A stretch of DNA of 64,000 bases from Candidatus Cacconaster caballi (GCA_018065695.1 JAGHST010000015.1:8778-72777), one strand, 5' to 3'. Shown: positions 36,966-46,769, numbered from the stretch's first letter. A program made the numbers and translations. The notes: generated from the sequence alone by a model not told the origin.

Positions 36966-37712
36966 CTAAAAGATTGCATAAAGGGCCGAGCCGCTGCCGG
37001 ACATTGAAGCATATACGGCCCCCTGGTCGTAGAGGCGCTGCTTGGCGGCGGCAAGAGAAGGGTGTTTTTTGAAGACACTCTCTTCAAAGTCGTTAACCAG
37101 CATATCTTTCCATTCTGATATCGGCCTTCGCAGAACATCTTCAAGCAAAATGGAAGGGCGGCCGGGGGTTACCCCTGCATAAGCCTCCCGTGTCGAGACA
37201 AACACGTCTTGAGGAGCAACCATTATCCGATGTCCGTCCAAAGCCGCTTCGGTAAGAGAGTGTGGTGTAAGAATTTCGCCGCGTCCACGGGCGAACATCG
37301 GTTGGTTGTATATGAAAAACGGGCAGTCGCTTCCTATCTCCGAGGCCAGTGCTGCGAGCTTTTCCTGCGAAAGTTCCAGATTGAACAACAGATTCAAGGC
37401 CTTGAGAGTAAATGCAGCGTCGGATGAACCTCCCCCAAGGCCGGCACCTGAAGGTATGTTCTTGTAGAGCCCGATGCCCACCGGAGGTATTCCGTATTCC
37501 TTCCGCATAAGTTCCCACGCCTTTGTGCAAAGGGTATCCTCAAAATCAGCATTATAGATTTTCACTCCGAAACTATCGGAGAAATTGACTTCGAGAATAT
37601 CGCAGAGCTCCCTCACGGGAACGAAAACCGTTTCAATGTCGTGATACCCGTCAGGCCTGCGCGCAATGACGTTAAGCCCAAGATTTATTTTTGCGTTCGG
37701 ATGGAACAGCAT
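36966..37712 (-). CDS. ispE: 4-(cytidine 5'-diphospho)-2-C-methyl-D-erythritol kinase
   Basis: NAKINLGLNV N-terminus and GHMP kinase motif PSGAGLGGGSSDAA. Confidence 0.88.
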   Translation of the reverse strand: MLFHPNAKINLGLNVIARRPDGYHDIETVFVPVRELCDILEVNFSDSFGVKIYNADFEDTLCTKAWELMRKEYGIPPVGIGLYKNIPSGAGLGGGSSDAAFTLKALNLLFNLELSQEKLAALASEIGSDCPFFIYNQPMFARGRGEILTPHSLTEAALDGHRIMVAPQDVFVSTREAYAGVTPGRPSILLEDVLRRPISEWKDMLVNDFEESVFKKHPSLAAAKQRLYDQGAVYASMSGSGSALYAIF

Positions 37713-37725
37713 CTGAAAGAATTTT

Positions 37726-40254
37726 CTAACCGCACTTCGAATAGCCGCAGTCGAGGCAGACCAGACATCCTTCCTGATAAATCAGATTCTTGCCGCCGCA
37801 GTGGCCGCAGGTCTTGCCGCTTTCGTCGCGCGTGCCGTCAGGAATATAACGCTTGAGGGCGCGTTCCACACCGTTCTTCCAGGTGTTGATGCTTTCGCTG
37901 TCGAGTTCGAGGCCCTGGACAAGGTTGAGTACATCCACAATAGGCATTCCGTTGCGGAGAACGCCGGAGATGAGTTTGGCATAGTTCCAGAACTCCTTGT
38001 TGAACATGTGGGAGATACCGCCCACAACTCCCGGATAGCCGTATTTGTCTTCGTAGTGGAAGTCGTAGCGGCTCTTGCCTGTGCTCGGATCCTTTTCCTT
38101 GACTATACGGCCGTGAGTGATGGAATGCGGAATATCGCGTGTATCTTCATCCACAAGACCGGTGAAGATCTCATATGGCTCACCGTTCATCAGACCGACG
38201 AGGGCGATCCATTTCTCTGAACCGTTCCTGAAGCGGATGATGTCGGCTTCGAGAGATTGCGGGCGCTTCTTAGGTTTGATTGTGGTCGAGCTCTTCTTCG
38301 TCTCTCCGTCCTTCGATACAAGAACGCCTGTACGCGAACCTTCGCGATACACCGTCACACCCTTGCATCCGGACTCCCAGGCTGCCTTGTAAACTTCGGC
38401 AACTGTATCTTCGGTGATGTCTTTAGGAAGGTTTACGGTCACGCTTATGGAGTGGTCCACCCATTTCTGCATCTGTCCCTGCATCTTGACTTTTGCCACC
38501 CAGTCAATGTCGGCGGCAGTCGAATTGGCATAAGGAGAAGCGGCCACAAGCTTGTCGAGCTCGGCCTCGCTCATAGAGAGCACCTGCTCGCGGTCATAGC
38601 CGTTGATTTCTGCCCAGTCAAGAAACTTGTGATGGAATACGAAATACTCTTCGAAGCAGTCGCCCTTGTCGTCCTTGAATGATATCTTGACGTTCTTGTC
38701 GCTTGGATTGACTTTCTTGCGGCGGGTGTAGAACGGACGGAAGACAGGCTCGATACCGGAAGTGGTCTGAGTCATCAGGCTCGTTGTGCCGGTAGGGGCG
38801 ATTGTCAGCATCGAGATGTTGCGACGGCCCACCTGTGTCATCAGTTCATACAACTGGGGATCAGCCTCCTTGATTCGGAGAATCATAGGATTTGCCTTCT
38901 CTTTTTCGGCGTTGAAAATAGGGAATGCGCCTCGTTCCTGAGCCATATTGACAGATGAGCGGTACGCCTCCACTGCAAGAGTCTTCTGCACCTGGACTGC
39001 GAAGTCGATGGCCTCTTTCGAGCCGTAGGTCAGACCGAGAGCGGCCAACATATCGCCTTCGGCTGTTATGCCCAGACCTGTGCGGCGTCCGCCGAGACTC
39101 TTCGAACGGATCTTGAGCCAGAGGTTGTACTCCTTGCGCTTGATCTCGTCGTCTTCAGGATCGCTCTTTATCTTGTTGATAATAAGCTCTATCTTTTCCA
39201 TCTCAAGATCAATGAGGTCGTCCATCATACGCATCGCCATTGCGACGTGCTTCTTGAAGAGATCCATATCAAACTTGGCTTTTTTGGTGAAAGGATTCTT
39301 CACATATGCGTAGAGGTTCATGGCAATCAGGCGGCAGCTGTCATAAGGACAGAGAGGAATCTCACCGCAAGGATTCGTACTGATCGTACGGTATCCCTGG
39401 TCAGCATAGCAGTCCGCTACGGACTCGCGAAGTACGGTGTCCCAGAAGAGTACGCCGGGCTCAGCACTCTTCCACGCATTGTGTATAATCTTTCTCCAAA
39501 GGAGAGTTGCATCTATTGTCTTGACAATCTTCGGATTGTCTCCATAGACAGGATATTGCTGGCGGTACGGCTTGCCTCCGAGAGCCGAGCGCATGAATTC
39601 GTCGTCAATTTTTACGGAAACGTTCGCGCCGGTCACCTTGCCCTGCTCCATCTTTGCATCGATGAAATTCTCAGCATCCGGATGTTTGATGGAAACCGAG
39701 AGCATCAGAGCTCCGCGCCGGCCGTCCTGGGCCACTTCACGGGTGGAGTTGGAATAGCGCTCCATAAACGGAACAAGGCCGGTGGAAGTCAGAGCGCTGT
39801 TGAGCACCGGACTGCCTGTAGGACGGATATGGGAGAGGTCGTGGCCAACGCCGCCGCGACGCTTCATAAGCTGCACCTGCTCCTCGTCAATCATCATTAT
39901 TCCGCCGTAGCTGTCAGCCGGACGGTCCTGACCGATGACGAAACAGTTGCTCAGAGAAGCAACCTGATAGTCGTTGCCTATACCGGTCATAGGGCCTCCC
40001 TGAGGTATCACGTATTTGAAGTCTTTCAGAAGACGGTAGATTTCTTCCGCTTCCATCGGATTGGCATATTTATGCTCGATTCTCGCGAACTCAGCCGCAA
40101 GCCGGTGGTGCATATCGTCCGGAGATTTCTCATAAAGATTTCCGAAGGAATCCTTCAGAGCATATTTGTTGATCCATACAGAAGCTGCCAGTTCGTCACC
40201 GCCAAAATAAGCCTTGCTGGCCGCCAAAGCCTCTTCATACTTGAAACTCTTCAT
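37726..40254 (-). CDS. nrdJ: class II (adenosylcobalamin-dependent) ribonucleotide reductase
   Basis: 842 aa with active-site block STNPCGEIPL, and a C-terminal 4-Cys plus extra Cys zinc ribbon CGHCGG...CLVCLDCGYSKCG. Confidence 0.88.
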   Translation of the reverse strand: MKSFKYEEALAASKAYFGGDELAASVWINKYALKDSFGNLYEKSPDDMHHRLAAEFARIEHKYANPMEAEEIYRLLKDFKYVIPQGGPMTGIGNDYQVASLSNCFVIGQDRPADSYGGIMMIDEEQVQLMKRRGGVGHDLSHIRPTGSPVLNSALTSTGLVPFMERYSNSTREVAQDGRRGALMLSVSIKHPDAENFIDAKMEQGKVTGANVSVKIDDEFMRSALGGKPYRQQYPVYGDNPKIVKTIDATLLWRKIIHNAWKSAEPGVLFWDTVLRESVADCYADQGYRTISTNPCGEIPLCPYDSCRLIAMNLYAYVKNPFTKKAKFDMDLFKKHVAMAMRMMDDLIDLEMEKIELIINKIKSDPEDDEIKRKEYNLWLKIRSKSLGGRRTGLGITAEGDMLAALGLTYGSKEAIDFAVQVQKTLAVEAYRSSVNMAQERGAFPIFNAEKEKANPMILRIKEADPQLYELMTQVGRRNISMLTIAPTGTTSLMTQTTSGIEPVFRPFYTRRKKVNPSDKNVKISFKDDKGDCFEEYFVFHHKFLDWAEINGYDREQVLSMSEAELDKLVAASPYANSTAADIDWVAKVKMQGQMQKWVDHSISVTVNLPKDITEDTVAEVYKAAWESGCKGVTVYREGSRTGVLVSKDGETKKSSTTIKPKKRPQSLEADIIRFRNGSEKWIALVGLMNGEPYEIFTGLVDEDTRDIPHSITHGRIVKEKDPSTGKSRYDFHYEDKYGYPGVVGGISHMFNKEFWNYAKLISGVLRNGMPIVDVLNLVQGLELDSESINTWKNGVERALKRYIPDGTRDESGKTCGHCGGKNLIYQEGCLVCLDCGYSKCG

Positions 40255-40420
40255 ATTGAAATTGCGTTGTAAAATTCAAGTTACGAAGGTATTTGAAAAA
40301 CCTTGCAGTTTTCGGTGCTCTCCTGAGGTTTTTTCCACAACATAATGAACAAAGGCATTGATAAAATCTGCCTTTTCTCTTTCAAATCTTCATTGAAGGT
40401 CGAATTACAAACGATTTTTG

Positions 40421-40428
40421 TATCTTTG
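40421..40428 (+). promoter_or_regulatory. -7 box TATCTTTG for the thiL-like gene
   Basis: Exact TAnnTTTG, 15 nt upstream of ATG 40444. Supports the internal start. Confidence 0.45.
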
Positions 40429-40443
40429 TCAAAACTGTTTGAA

Positions 40444-41427
40444 ATGCGCACGGAAATTTCATCCATCGGAAAACAGGCCGTTATCGAAAAACTCTTCGGC
40501 CAGACAGGATTCACCAACGAAAATCCTATAAGAATCACAGAAAAGGGAGAGTGCAGTTCATCCCACAAGATAATGCTCGAAGGAGTGGATTTCGACCTCG
40601 TCTATACTCCTCTCAAGCACCTCGGCTACAAGGCTGCTCTCAATGTTTTCGGTGAACTTTACGCCTCTGTGCGGAATCCCGTTTCGCTCTCCGTGACGTT
40701 GGGAATCTCCAAGAGGTTCTGTTACGAAGACATAGAGGAACTCTGGAAGGGCATCGTCACCGCCTCCATGGAGCACTCCGTAAAACACCTGTCACTCAAT
40801 CTCAGACCCTCCATCAACGGCCTCTGCATAAGCTTGAGTTCCTGCGGAGTCCAGAAGAAAAGCGTGCTTGAGCAGATTCCTGAAAGCAAGAATATGGATC
40901 TGATATGCCTGAGCGGCCACCTTGGTGCGGCTTATATGGGCCTTCACGTTCTGGAGAGGGAGAAGGTTGCCTTCAACGAAAACGGCAGACAGCCGCAGAT
41001 TGAGAAATACAAAGCTGTGCTGGGCAGTTACCTCAACCCTGAGATCAAACCGGATATGCTGAATCGTCTGATTGAGGCCGGAATCGTACCTTCGCGCGGA
41101 TATTTCCTTACCGAAGGTCTGGGTGCAGCCATCCTGCGGCTTACAAAGGACACCGGCTTCGGTGCAAAAGTCTACGTTGAAAAGATACCTATCTCCTCAC
41201 AGACTTTCGCTATGGCGGAAGAGATTGATATAGACCCCGTTACAGCAGCTATGAACGGTGGAGACGACTATAGGTTCATATTCACCGTGCCTATCGGGAA
41301 ACACGATACGATACGCAAGGATTTTCAGGATTTTGACGTCATCGGCCATCTCGCAAAGCCTGACGTGGGAGCGGTACTCGTCACCCCGGAAGGCGCGGAA
41401 CTCACCATAAAGGCACAGGGCTTCTAG
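40444..41427 (+). CDS. AIR-synthase-related (ThiL-like) protein with divergent catalytic motifs
   Basis: MRTEISSIG... N-terminus plus the blocks LEGVDFDL, PLKHLGYKA, GAAYMGL and NGGDDYRFIFTVP follow the ThiL scaffold. The acidic motifs are replaced (see findings). Confidence 0.65.
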   Translation: MRTEISSIGKQAVIEKLFGQTGFTNENPIRITEKGECSSSHKIMLEGVDFDLVYTPLKHLGYKAALNVFGELYASVRNPVSLSVTLGISKRFCYEDIEELWKGIVTASMEHSVKHLSLNLRPSINGLCISLSSCGVQKKSVLEQIPESKNMDLICLSGHLGAAYMGLHVLEREKVAFNENGRQPQIEKYKAVLGSYLNPEIKPDMLNRLIEAGIVPSRGYFLTEGLGAAILRLTKDTGFGAKVYVEKIPISSQTFAMAEEIDIDPVTAAMNGGDDYRFIFTVPIGKHDTIRKDFQDFDVIGHLAKPDVGAVLVTPEGAELTIKAQGF

Positions 41428-42428
41428 CAGCAGTTCCTTGAACAGTTCCTGCAGTGGGCGAATTCGCCGCGGAGACGTTTTTCCGTCAGCGAAGCCATTC
41501 TTTCGCGAAGTTCCCTGCTCGAAATCTTTTCCAGGACTTCATTTGCGAAGGCCATCTGCTGGAGCAGTCTGGCCTCCCTGACAGGAATGCCTCTGGTGCG
41601 CATATAGAAGAGTTCATCCTCATTGAGCCGTCCGACAGTGGCTCCGTGGCTGCACTTAACGTCGTCAGCATAAATTTCCAGCTGCGGCTTCGAATAGGCT
41701 CTCGAACTGTCGCTGAGCAGAAGGTTGTGATTGGCCTGAAAGGCCTCTGTTTTCTGTGCATCCGGCACCACCTTGATCAGGCCGTTGAAATGGGCCACTC
41801 CGCGATCATCCAGCACTCCTTTGAACATCTGGGCGCTGCGACATTCGGGAACCTCGTGGACAAGATCCACGGAATAATCCATAAGCTGTTCACCGTCCGT
41901 GAGATAGAGCCCGCTGAGATTGCAATCGGCGTGAGGCCCGCAAAGGCTGACTTTCACATTGTTGCGCACCACTCCTCCGTGGAGTGAGAGGAAAACCATA
42001 TTGAGCCTTGCACCGGATTCCAGCTTAATTTCATAGGAAGTGTCGTGTTCAGCTCCGTTGTGCTCGTTCTGCATCACTATGAACTCCACGTCGGAATCTT
42101 CTCCGAGAGAGATTGTAACCTTCTCTTTTGTCCTGAAAGAATCCAGAGAGAAAGTGTGGGAGCATTTGACAATTCTACCCAGCGCACCTTTTCCGAAATT
42201 GAAGTTCTCACAGTATGAAAGTTCGTTGCTTCTGCCGCTGTCGCGCACATCTATTATTTGAAGCATCCGCTCCATCCGCTCCCCTTCTCCGATGCGGATA
42301 TCGAGTGGGGCACCGCCTCCCTGCACGGTGCCGTTCACAACGAACAGCTGGCGTGTGTCGGGAAGAGGGACCTTGCAGCGGAATTCCTTCTTGAGGGAAG
42401 GTGCGTATATGAAGTCAGGCTTTGTCAT
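41424..42428 (-). CDS. sufD: Fe-S cluster assembly protein SufD (short form)
   Basis: SufB/D beta-helix core (EIYADDVKCSHGATVGRLNEDELFYMRTRGI). 334 aa. 14-nt overlap with sufC. Confidence 0.8.
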   Translation of the reverse strand: MTKPDFIYAPSLKKEFRCKVPLPDTRQLFVVNGTVQGGGAPLDIRIGEGERMERMLQIIDVRDSGRSNELSYCENFNFGKGALGRIVKCSHTFSLDSFRTKEKVTISLGEDSDVEFIVMQNEHNGAEHDTSYEIKLESGARLNMVFLSLHGGVVRNNVKVSLCGPHADCNLSGLYLTDGEQLMDYSVDLVHEVPECRSAQMFKGVLDDRGVAHFNGLIKVVPDAQKTEAFQANHNLLLSDSSRAYSKPQLEIYADDVKCSHGATVGRLNEDELFYMRTRGIPVREARLLQQMAFANEVLEKISSRELRERMASLTEKRLRGEFAHCRNCSRNCC

Positions 42429-43173
42429 TGATTATCCAGTCGTAACCTTTCTTTTCGATTTCAAGGGCAAGTTCCTTGCCTGCGGTCATGATTATCCGTC
42501 CCTTGTAAAGAACGTGTATCACATCGGGGATGATATAATCCAGAAGCCTCTGATAATGCGTAATCACGATGGCGGCATTATCCGGCCTTTTCATACGGTT
42601 GACTCCTGTCGCAACTATGCGGAGAGCATCCACGTCAAGACCCGAATCAGTCTCGTCGAGTATGGCAAGCTTGGGGTCGAGCATCGCCATCTGGAAAATC
42701 TCGTTGCGCTTCTTTTCACCACCGGAAAAACCGACGTTGACTCCACGGCTTGAAAAACTGCTGTCCATCTCCACGTAGGCCATCTTCTCGCGCATCTGTT
42801 TCAGAAATTCGGCCGCACTGAGTGCAGGAAGCCCTCTTTGAGCACGGTGCTCCGCTACTGCAGCCTTAATGAAATTGACGTTACTCACGCCAGGTATCTC
42901 TACAGGATATTGGAAGCCGAGGAAGACACCGGCCCACGACCTCTCTTCCGGACTCATTGCAAGAAGGTCACGTCCTTCGAAAAGAATTTCTCCCGAAGTG
43001 ACGGTAAAAGTCTCCTTTCCGGCAAGTACGGCAGAAAGAGTGCTTTTGCCCGAGCCGTTGGGGCCCATTATGGCGTGAACTTCGCCGGGGCGTATCTCCA
43101 GGTTAATGCCTTTGAGTATCTCCTTTTCGCCTACCGAGGCGTGAAGGTCAGTTATTTTCAACATTGCATCCAT
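42415..43173 (-). CDS. sufC: Fe-S cluster assembly ATPase SufC
   Basis: Walker A GPNGSGKST, signature FSGGEKKR, Walker B AILDETDSGLD. ATG 43171-43173 shares one nt with the upstream stop. Confidence 0.93.
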   Translation of the reverse strand: MDAMLKITDLHASVGEKEILKGINLEIRPGEVHAIMGPNGSGKSTLSAVLAGKETFTVTSGEILFEGRDLLAMSPEERSWAGVFLGFQYPVEIPGVSNVNFIKAAVAEHRAQRGLPALSAAEFLKQMREKMAYVEMDSSFSSRGVNVGFSGGEKKRNEIFQMAMLDPKLAILDETDSGLDVDALRIVATGVNRMKRPDNAAIVITHYQRLLDYIIPDVIHVLYKGRIIMTAGKELALEIEKKGYDWIINDKA

Positions 43174-43757
43174 CAAGCTTTTCTCTTATAGAATTTGAAC
43201 CAGTTTCTCAGTGAGATGATTCCGTTTATCAGATACAGTGCGCTCACAATCGGCATGAATATGTTGCCGACGGAAATATGAAGTATCAGTTGTGTCACGT
43301 TGACAAGCAGCCAGGCAATCCAGCAGTCCCATTTCTTCAAGGCCGAAAGCAACTGCGCCATCAGTATCAGTGCGGTTACTGCGGTATCGAGATACGGATG
43401 GGGATCCGCCGGAAAAATCCTGTCCAGCAGCCATCCCCAAACGGCTCCAACTATCAGCACGGCAGAGAGTGCTATCACCCTCTCGGCCCAGGAAAGCATC
43501 GTAACTTTCAGTTCTCCTGCCTTTTCTGAACTCTGCTCCCCCTCTTTCGGATGAGTCCACCGATAGTGGCCCAGAATGTTGATTCCAAGCGAAACCGGCT
43601 GAAGAATCAGTGAAGCCACAAGATTTTTCTGCCAGAAAAGGAAGAAAAGGGCTGCAGTGTAGAGATATCCTACCCAAAAATTGTACTTGCTGCCGCGGCC
43701 TGCGAGAAAAACGCAGGTCAGACCGAGAATCGAAGATATGAGATCAAGCCAGTTCAT
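43173..43757 (-). CDS. PnuC-family (nicotinamide riboside/vitamin) transporter homologue embedded in the suf operon
   Basis: 194 aa, 6-7 TM. N-terminal WLDLISSILGLTCVFLAGRG and C-terminal LKKWDCWIAWLLVNVTQLILHISVGNIFM...LINGIISLRNW match the PnuC pattern (RK..NW..W...N....G....Y......G...W). Confidence 0.75.
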   Translation of the reverse strand: MNWLDLISSILGLTCVFLAGRGSKYNFWVGYLYTAALFFLFWQKNLVASLILQPVSLGINILGHYRWTHPKEGEQSSEKAGELKVTMLSWAERVIALSAVLIVGAVWGWLLDRIFPADPHPYLDTAVTALILMAQLLSALKKWDCWIAWLLVNVTQLILHISVGNIFMPIVSALYLINGIISLRNWFKFYKRKA

Positions 43758-45196
43758 TATCCTATGCTTCCCTCCAGAGATATTTGCAGAAGTTTCTGTG
43801 CCTCAACTGCAAACTCCATCGGAAGTTTGTTGAGCACCTCTTTGGCGTAGCCGTTCACAATAAGTCCGACCGCATCTTCCTCCTTTATGCCTCGCTGACG
43901 GCAGTAGAAGAGCTGCTCTTCGCTGATTTTGGACGTAGTGGCCTCGTGCTCGAGGCTGGCCGTCCTGTTGTCGGACTCTATTACAGGGAAAGTGTGGGCA
44001 CCGCACTTGTCGCCAAGCAGCAGCGAGTCGCACTGCGAGTAGTTGCGCGCTCCATCCGCACCCGGCAGAACCTTGACCATTCCACGGTAGCTGTTCTGGC
44101 TGTGTCCGGCAGAAATACCTTTGCTGACGATGCGGCTGCGCGTGTCACGGCCGATATGTATCATCTTCGTACCGGTGTCGGCCTGCTGGAAGCCGTTTGT
44201 CACGGCAACACTGTAGAATTCCGACTGTGACCGGTCTCCCTTCAGAATTGTGCTGGGATATTTCCAGGTTATGGCACTGCCTGTCTCGACCTGAGTCCAG
44301 AAAAGTCGACTGTTCTCACCTTTGCATATACCTCTCTTCGTCACGAAATTGTAGATGCCGCCGCGTCCCTCAGCATCTCCGGGATACCAGTTCTGCACAG
44401 TGGAGTACTTTACTTCTGCATCCTTTTCCACCACTATTTCCACCACCGCGGCGTGGAGCTGCGCTTCATCTCTCCGCGGTGCGGTGCATCCTTCCAGATA
44501 GCTCAGATACGAGCCTTCGTCCGCCACAATGAGAGTACGCTCGAACTGCCCCGTGCCCCTGGCGTTGATACGGAAATAGCTGGAGAGTTCCATAGGACAT
44601 CTGACCCCTTTCGGAATATAACAGAAGCTGCCGTCACTGAAGACTGCACTGTTGAGAGCACTATAGAAATTATCCCCCGCACTCACTACCGAAGCGAGAT
44701 ATTTCCGGACAAGGTCCGGATAGTTCTTTACAGCTTCACTGAACGAACAGAATATGATACCCTTCTCTGCGAGAGTTTCACTGAAGGTGGTTTTTACCGA
44801 CACACTGTCGAATACGGCATCCACAGCCGTACCGCTCAGGATACTGCGCTCGTGAAGAGGAATGCCGAGTTTGTCGAATGTCTTCTCTATCCGGGGGTCT
44901 ATCTCCTTTGGCGAGTCTGACTTCTTTTTTGGCGCAGCCCAGTAGATTATGTCCTGAAAATCTATGTCAGGAATGTTAAGGTGAGCCCAGCGTGGATGTT
45001 TCATAGTCTGCCATAGGCGGAATGCCTTCAGCCGGAATTCCAACAACCACTCGGGTTCCTCCTTCTTCTTTGAAATCAAGCGGATAATATCTTCATTCAA
45101 ACCTTTCGGAATGAAATCCTGTTCGAGGACGGTCTCGAAACCGTGCTCGTACTCGGATGCAGTGAAGTCTTCAATGATTTTCTCGCTCTTTTTCAT
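43757..45196 (-). CDS. sufB: Fe-S cluster assembly scaffold SufB
   Basis: 479 aa, typical SufB (…[13 protein letters not shown]…[19 protein letters not shown]…). Confidence 0.95.
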   Translation of the reverse strand: MKKSEKIIEDFTASEYEHGFETVLEQDFIPKGLNEDIIRLISKKKEEPEWLLEFRLKAFRLWQTMKHPRWAHLNIPDIDFQDIIYWAAPKKKSDSPKEIDPRIEKTFDKLGIPLHERSILSGTAVDAVFDSVSVKTTFSETLAEKGIIFCSFSEAVKNYPDLVRKYLASVVSAGDNFYSALNSAVFSDGSFCYIPKGVRCPMELSSYFRINARGTGQFERTLIVADEGSYLSYLEGCTAPRRDEAQLHAAVVEIVVEKDAEVKYSTVQNWYPGDAEGRGGIYNFVTKRGICKGENSRLFWTQVETGSAITWKYPSTILKGDRSQSEFYSVAVTNGFQQADTGTKMIHIGRDTRSRIVSKGISAGHSQNSYRGMVKVLPGADGARNYSQCDSLLLGDKCGAHTFPVIESDNRTASLEHEATTSKISEEQLFYCRQRGIKEEDAVGLIVNGYAKEVLNKLPMEFAVEAQKLLQISLEGSIG

Positions 45197-45203
45197 GGAA
45201 CGG

Positions 45204-45211
45204 CAAAGTTA
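45204..45211 (-). promoter_or_regulatory. -7 box TAACTTTG for sufB
   Basis: Exact TAnnTTTG squeezed between the upstream stop (45213) and the sufB ATG, 7 nt away. Confidence 0.45.
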
Positions 45212-45212
45212 A

Positions 45213-46421
45213 TCAATATTTTTTGGTCAGCAAGCTGACCAGATATCCTATCAGCCCCACTCCGAGAGCTGTCAGAACAATGTCCTGCCACTGTATGACG
45301 ACCGGATAGGAGTCAATGACAAAATTGCCGGGCATCCTGACCAGGCCGAAGCGCTGCTGGAGAAGGCATACCGCCAGTCCCACAAGAATACCTGCACTGA
45401 TGCCGATAAGGGAAATGAACCATCCTTCCCTCACGAATATGCGGCGCACTGTCCCTTCGTCCGCTCCCATGGCCCGCAGAGTCGCTGTATCATCTTTCTT
45501 TTCGATTATCAGCATTGAAAGAGAACTGAAGATATTGAAAGATATGATGAGGATTACAAAAAGCAGAATCAGATAGATGGCGGTCTTTTCATAGACAAGC
45601 AGCTTGTACAGGGTTTCGTTCTGCTGCCGGCGGTTGCGAACGGTGAAGCCGTCCGAGAATTCTTCCTGCACTTTTTCCTGAATCTCCTCAAGAGCCATAC
45701 CGTGCTTGTCAAGTCCCTCTTGCGTGAGGTATATCTCCACCTTCGAGACCTCCCCGTCATATTCGAGCAGGGAACTCAGAATCTCTTTGGGCATAAAGAT
45801 GTACTTGCTGTCGAAGGACTGCTCCAGAGAAATCACTCCGCTCGGGAACAGGTTGACACTGCGAAGTGAGGAAAGGGGACTCAGAATGTCCACGTCTTCG
45901 GTCCTGCTTGGGAAACAGACCTCCAGAGGAGTCAGAAAAGCAGTATTCATCCCCAGATTGAGAGCAATCGTACGGCCTGCCACCACTTGCGGGAGTTCAC
46001 CCTGCCAAAGAGAGAATTCTCCATTTACAACGTAGTCCTTGAGGCCGGTGACGGCCGGATAAAGCGAATCGACACCGCGGGCGGTCACTACCGCCGTGCG
46101 ATTGGAATACCGCACATAAACGTTCTCCTCCAGAATGCCGCAGCAGGCCCTGATGCGACCGTCAGAAGCAAGTGCCCGGCAATGCTGCCGGCTGTCGGAA
46201 AAGACCTTGCCCTCCACCGGGCTTACGAGAAGGTCGGCGGTGAAAGTGTCTTCCAGCGATCTTACCACCGAATCGAAGCCGTTGTATATTGAAAGTATTA
46301 TGACCAGAGCGGCACAGCCCGTTGCAATGCCCACCGCCGATATCGCCGAAATGACATTAATAACGTTGTGGGACTTCTTTGCGAACAGGTAACGGCGCGC
46401 TATGAAGTCTGAAATGTGCAT
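45213..46421 (-). CDS. FtsX-like ABC transporter permease (LolC/E-type)
   Basis: 402 aa: N-terminal TM, large periplasmic loop and C-terminal 3-TM FtsX domain. Directly abuts rbfA. Confidence 0.82.
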   Translation of the reverse strand: MHISDFIARRYLFAKKSHNVINVISAISAVGIATGCAALVIILSIYNGFDSVVRSLEDTFTADLLVSPVEGKVFSDSRQHCRALASDGRIRACCGILEENVYVRYSNRTAVVTARGVDSLYPAVTGLKDYVVNGEFSLWQGELPQVVAGRTIALNLGMNTAFLTPLEVCFPSRTEDVDILSPLSSLRSVNLFPSGVISLEQSFDSKYIFMPKEILSSLLEYDGEVSKVEIYLTQEGLDKHGMALEEIQEKVQEEFSDGFTVRNRRQQNETLYKLLVYEKTAIYLILLFVILIISFNIFSSLSMLIIEKKDDTATLRAMGADEGTVRRIFVREGWFISLIGISAGILVGLAVCLLQQRFGLVRMPGNFVIDSYPVVIQWQDIVLTALGVGLIGYLVSLLTKKY

Positions 46422-46769
46422 CTATTTCTTCAGCAGCTCGTCTATATGCTCCACATAGTCGAGCGAGTCGTCAAGAAAGAAGGAAAGGTCCGGAACGATT
46501 CTGAGCTGCTTCGACACACGGCGGCCGAGTTCTCCGCGCAACTTGCCCTTTTCCTCATCGAGGATATGCATCACCTCTCCAGCCTTGTCTGAAGGGAAAA
46601 TGCTTACGTATGCCTTTGCCAAGGCAAGATCAGGACTGATTTTCACACCGCTTACAGTGACCATCGCACCCTTGTATGCGGCCATTCCGCGCTCACGGAT
46701 CATCTCGGCAAGATCCTTCTGAATCTGCTTGGCAACCTTGAGTTGTCTTGTGGTGGCAGTATCTCCCAT
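46422..46769 (-). CDS. rbfA: ribosome-binding factor A
   Basis: 115 aa with an RbfA-like KH fold sequence (RQLKVAKQIQKDLAEMI...VTVSGVKISPDLALAKAYVS). Confidence 0.9.
   Translation of the reverse strand: MGDTATTRQLKVAKQIQKDLAEMIRERGMAAYKGAMVTVSGVKISPDLALAKAYVSIFPSDKAGEVMHILDEEKGKLRGELGRRVSKQLRIVPDLSFFLDDSLDYVEHIDELLKK

Noticed and set aside
39247-40272. 341-aa plus-strand ORF opposite nrdJ
   Set aside because: A shadow ORF antisense to the class II RNR gene. The same reasoning applies to 7122-7997, 8874-9497, 12573-13319, 18778-19506, 41454-41987 and similar track entries.
40255-40443. Riboswitch or NrdR-type operator in the 189-nt nrdJ / thiL-like divergent region
   Set aside because: No B12-box, TPP core or paired NrdR-box-like palindromes were recognised. 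Only an 8-bp AAAAACCT/AGGTTTTT stem with a 22-nt loop was seen, which is unremarkable.
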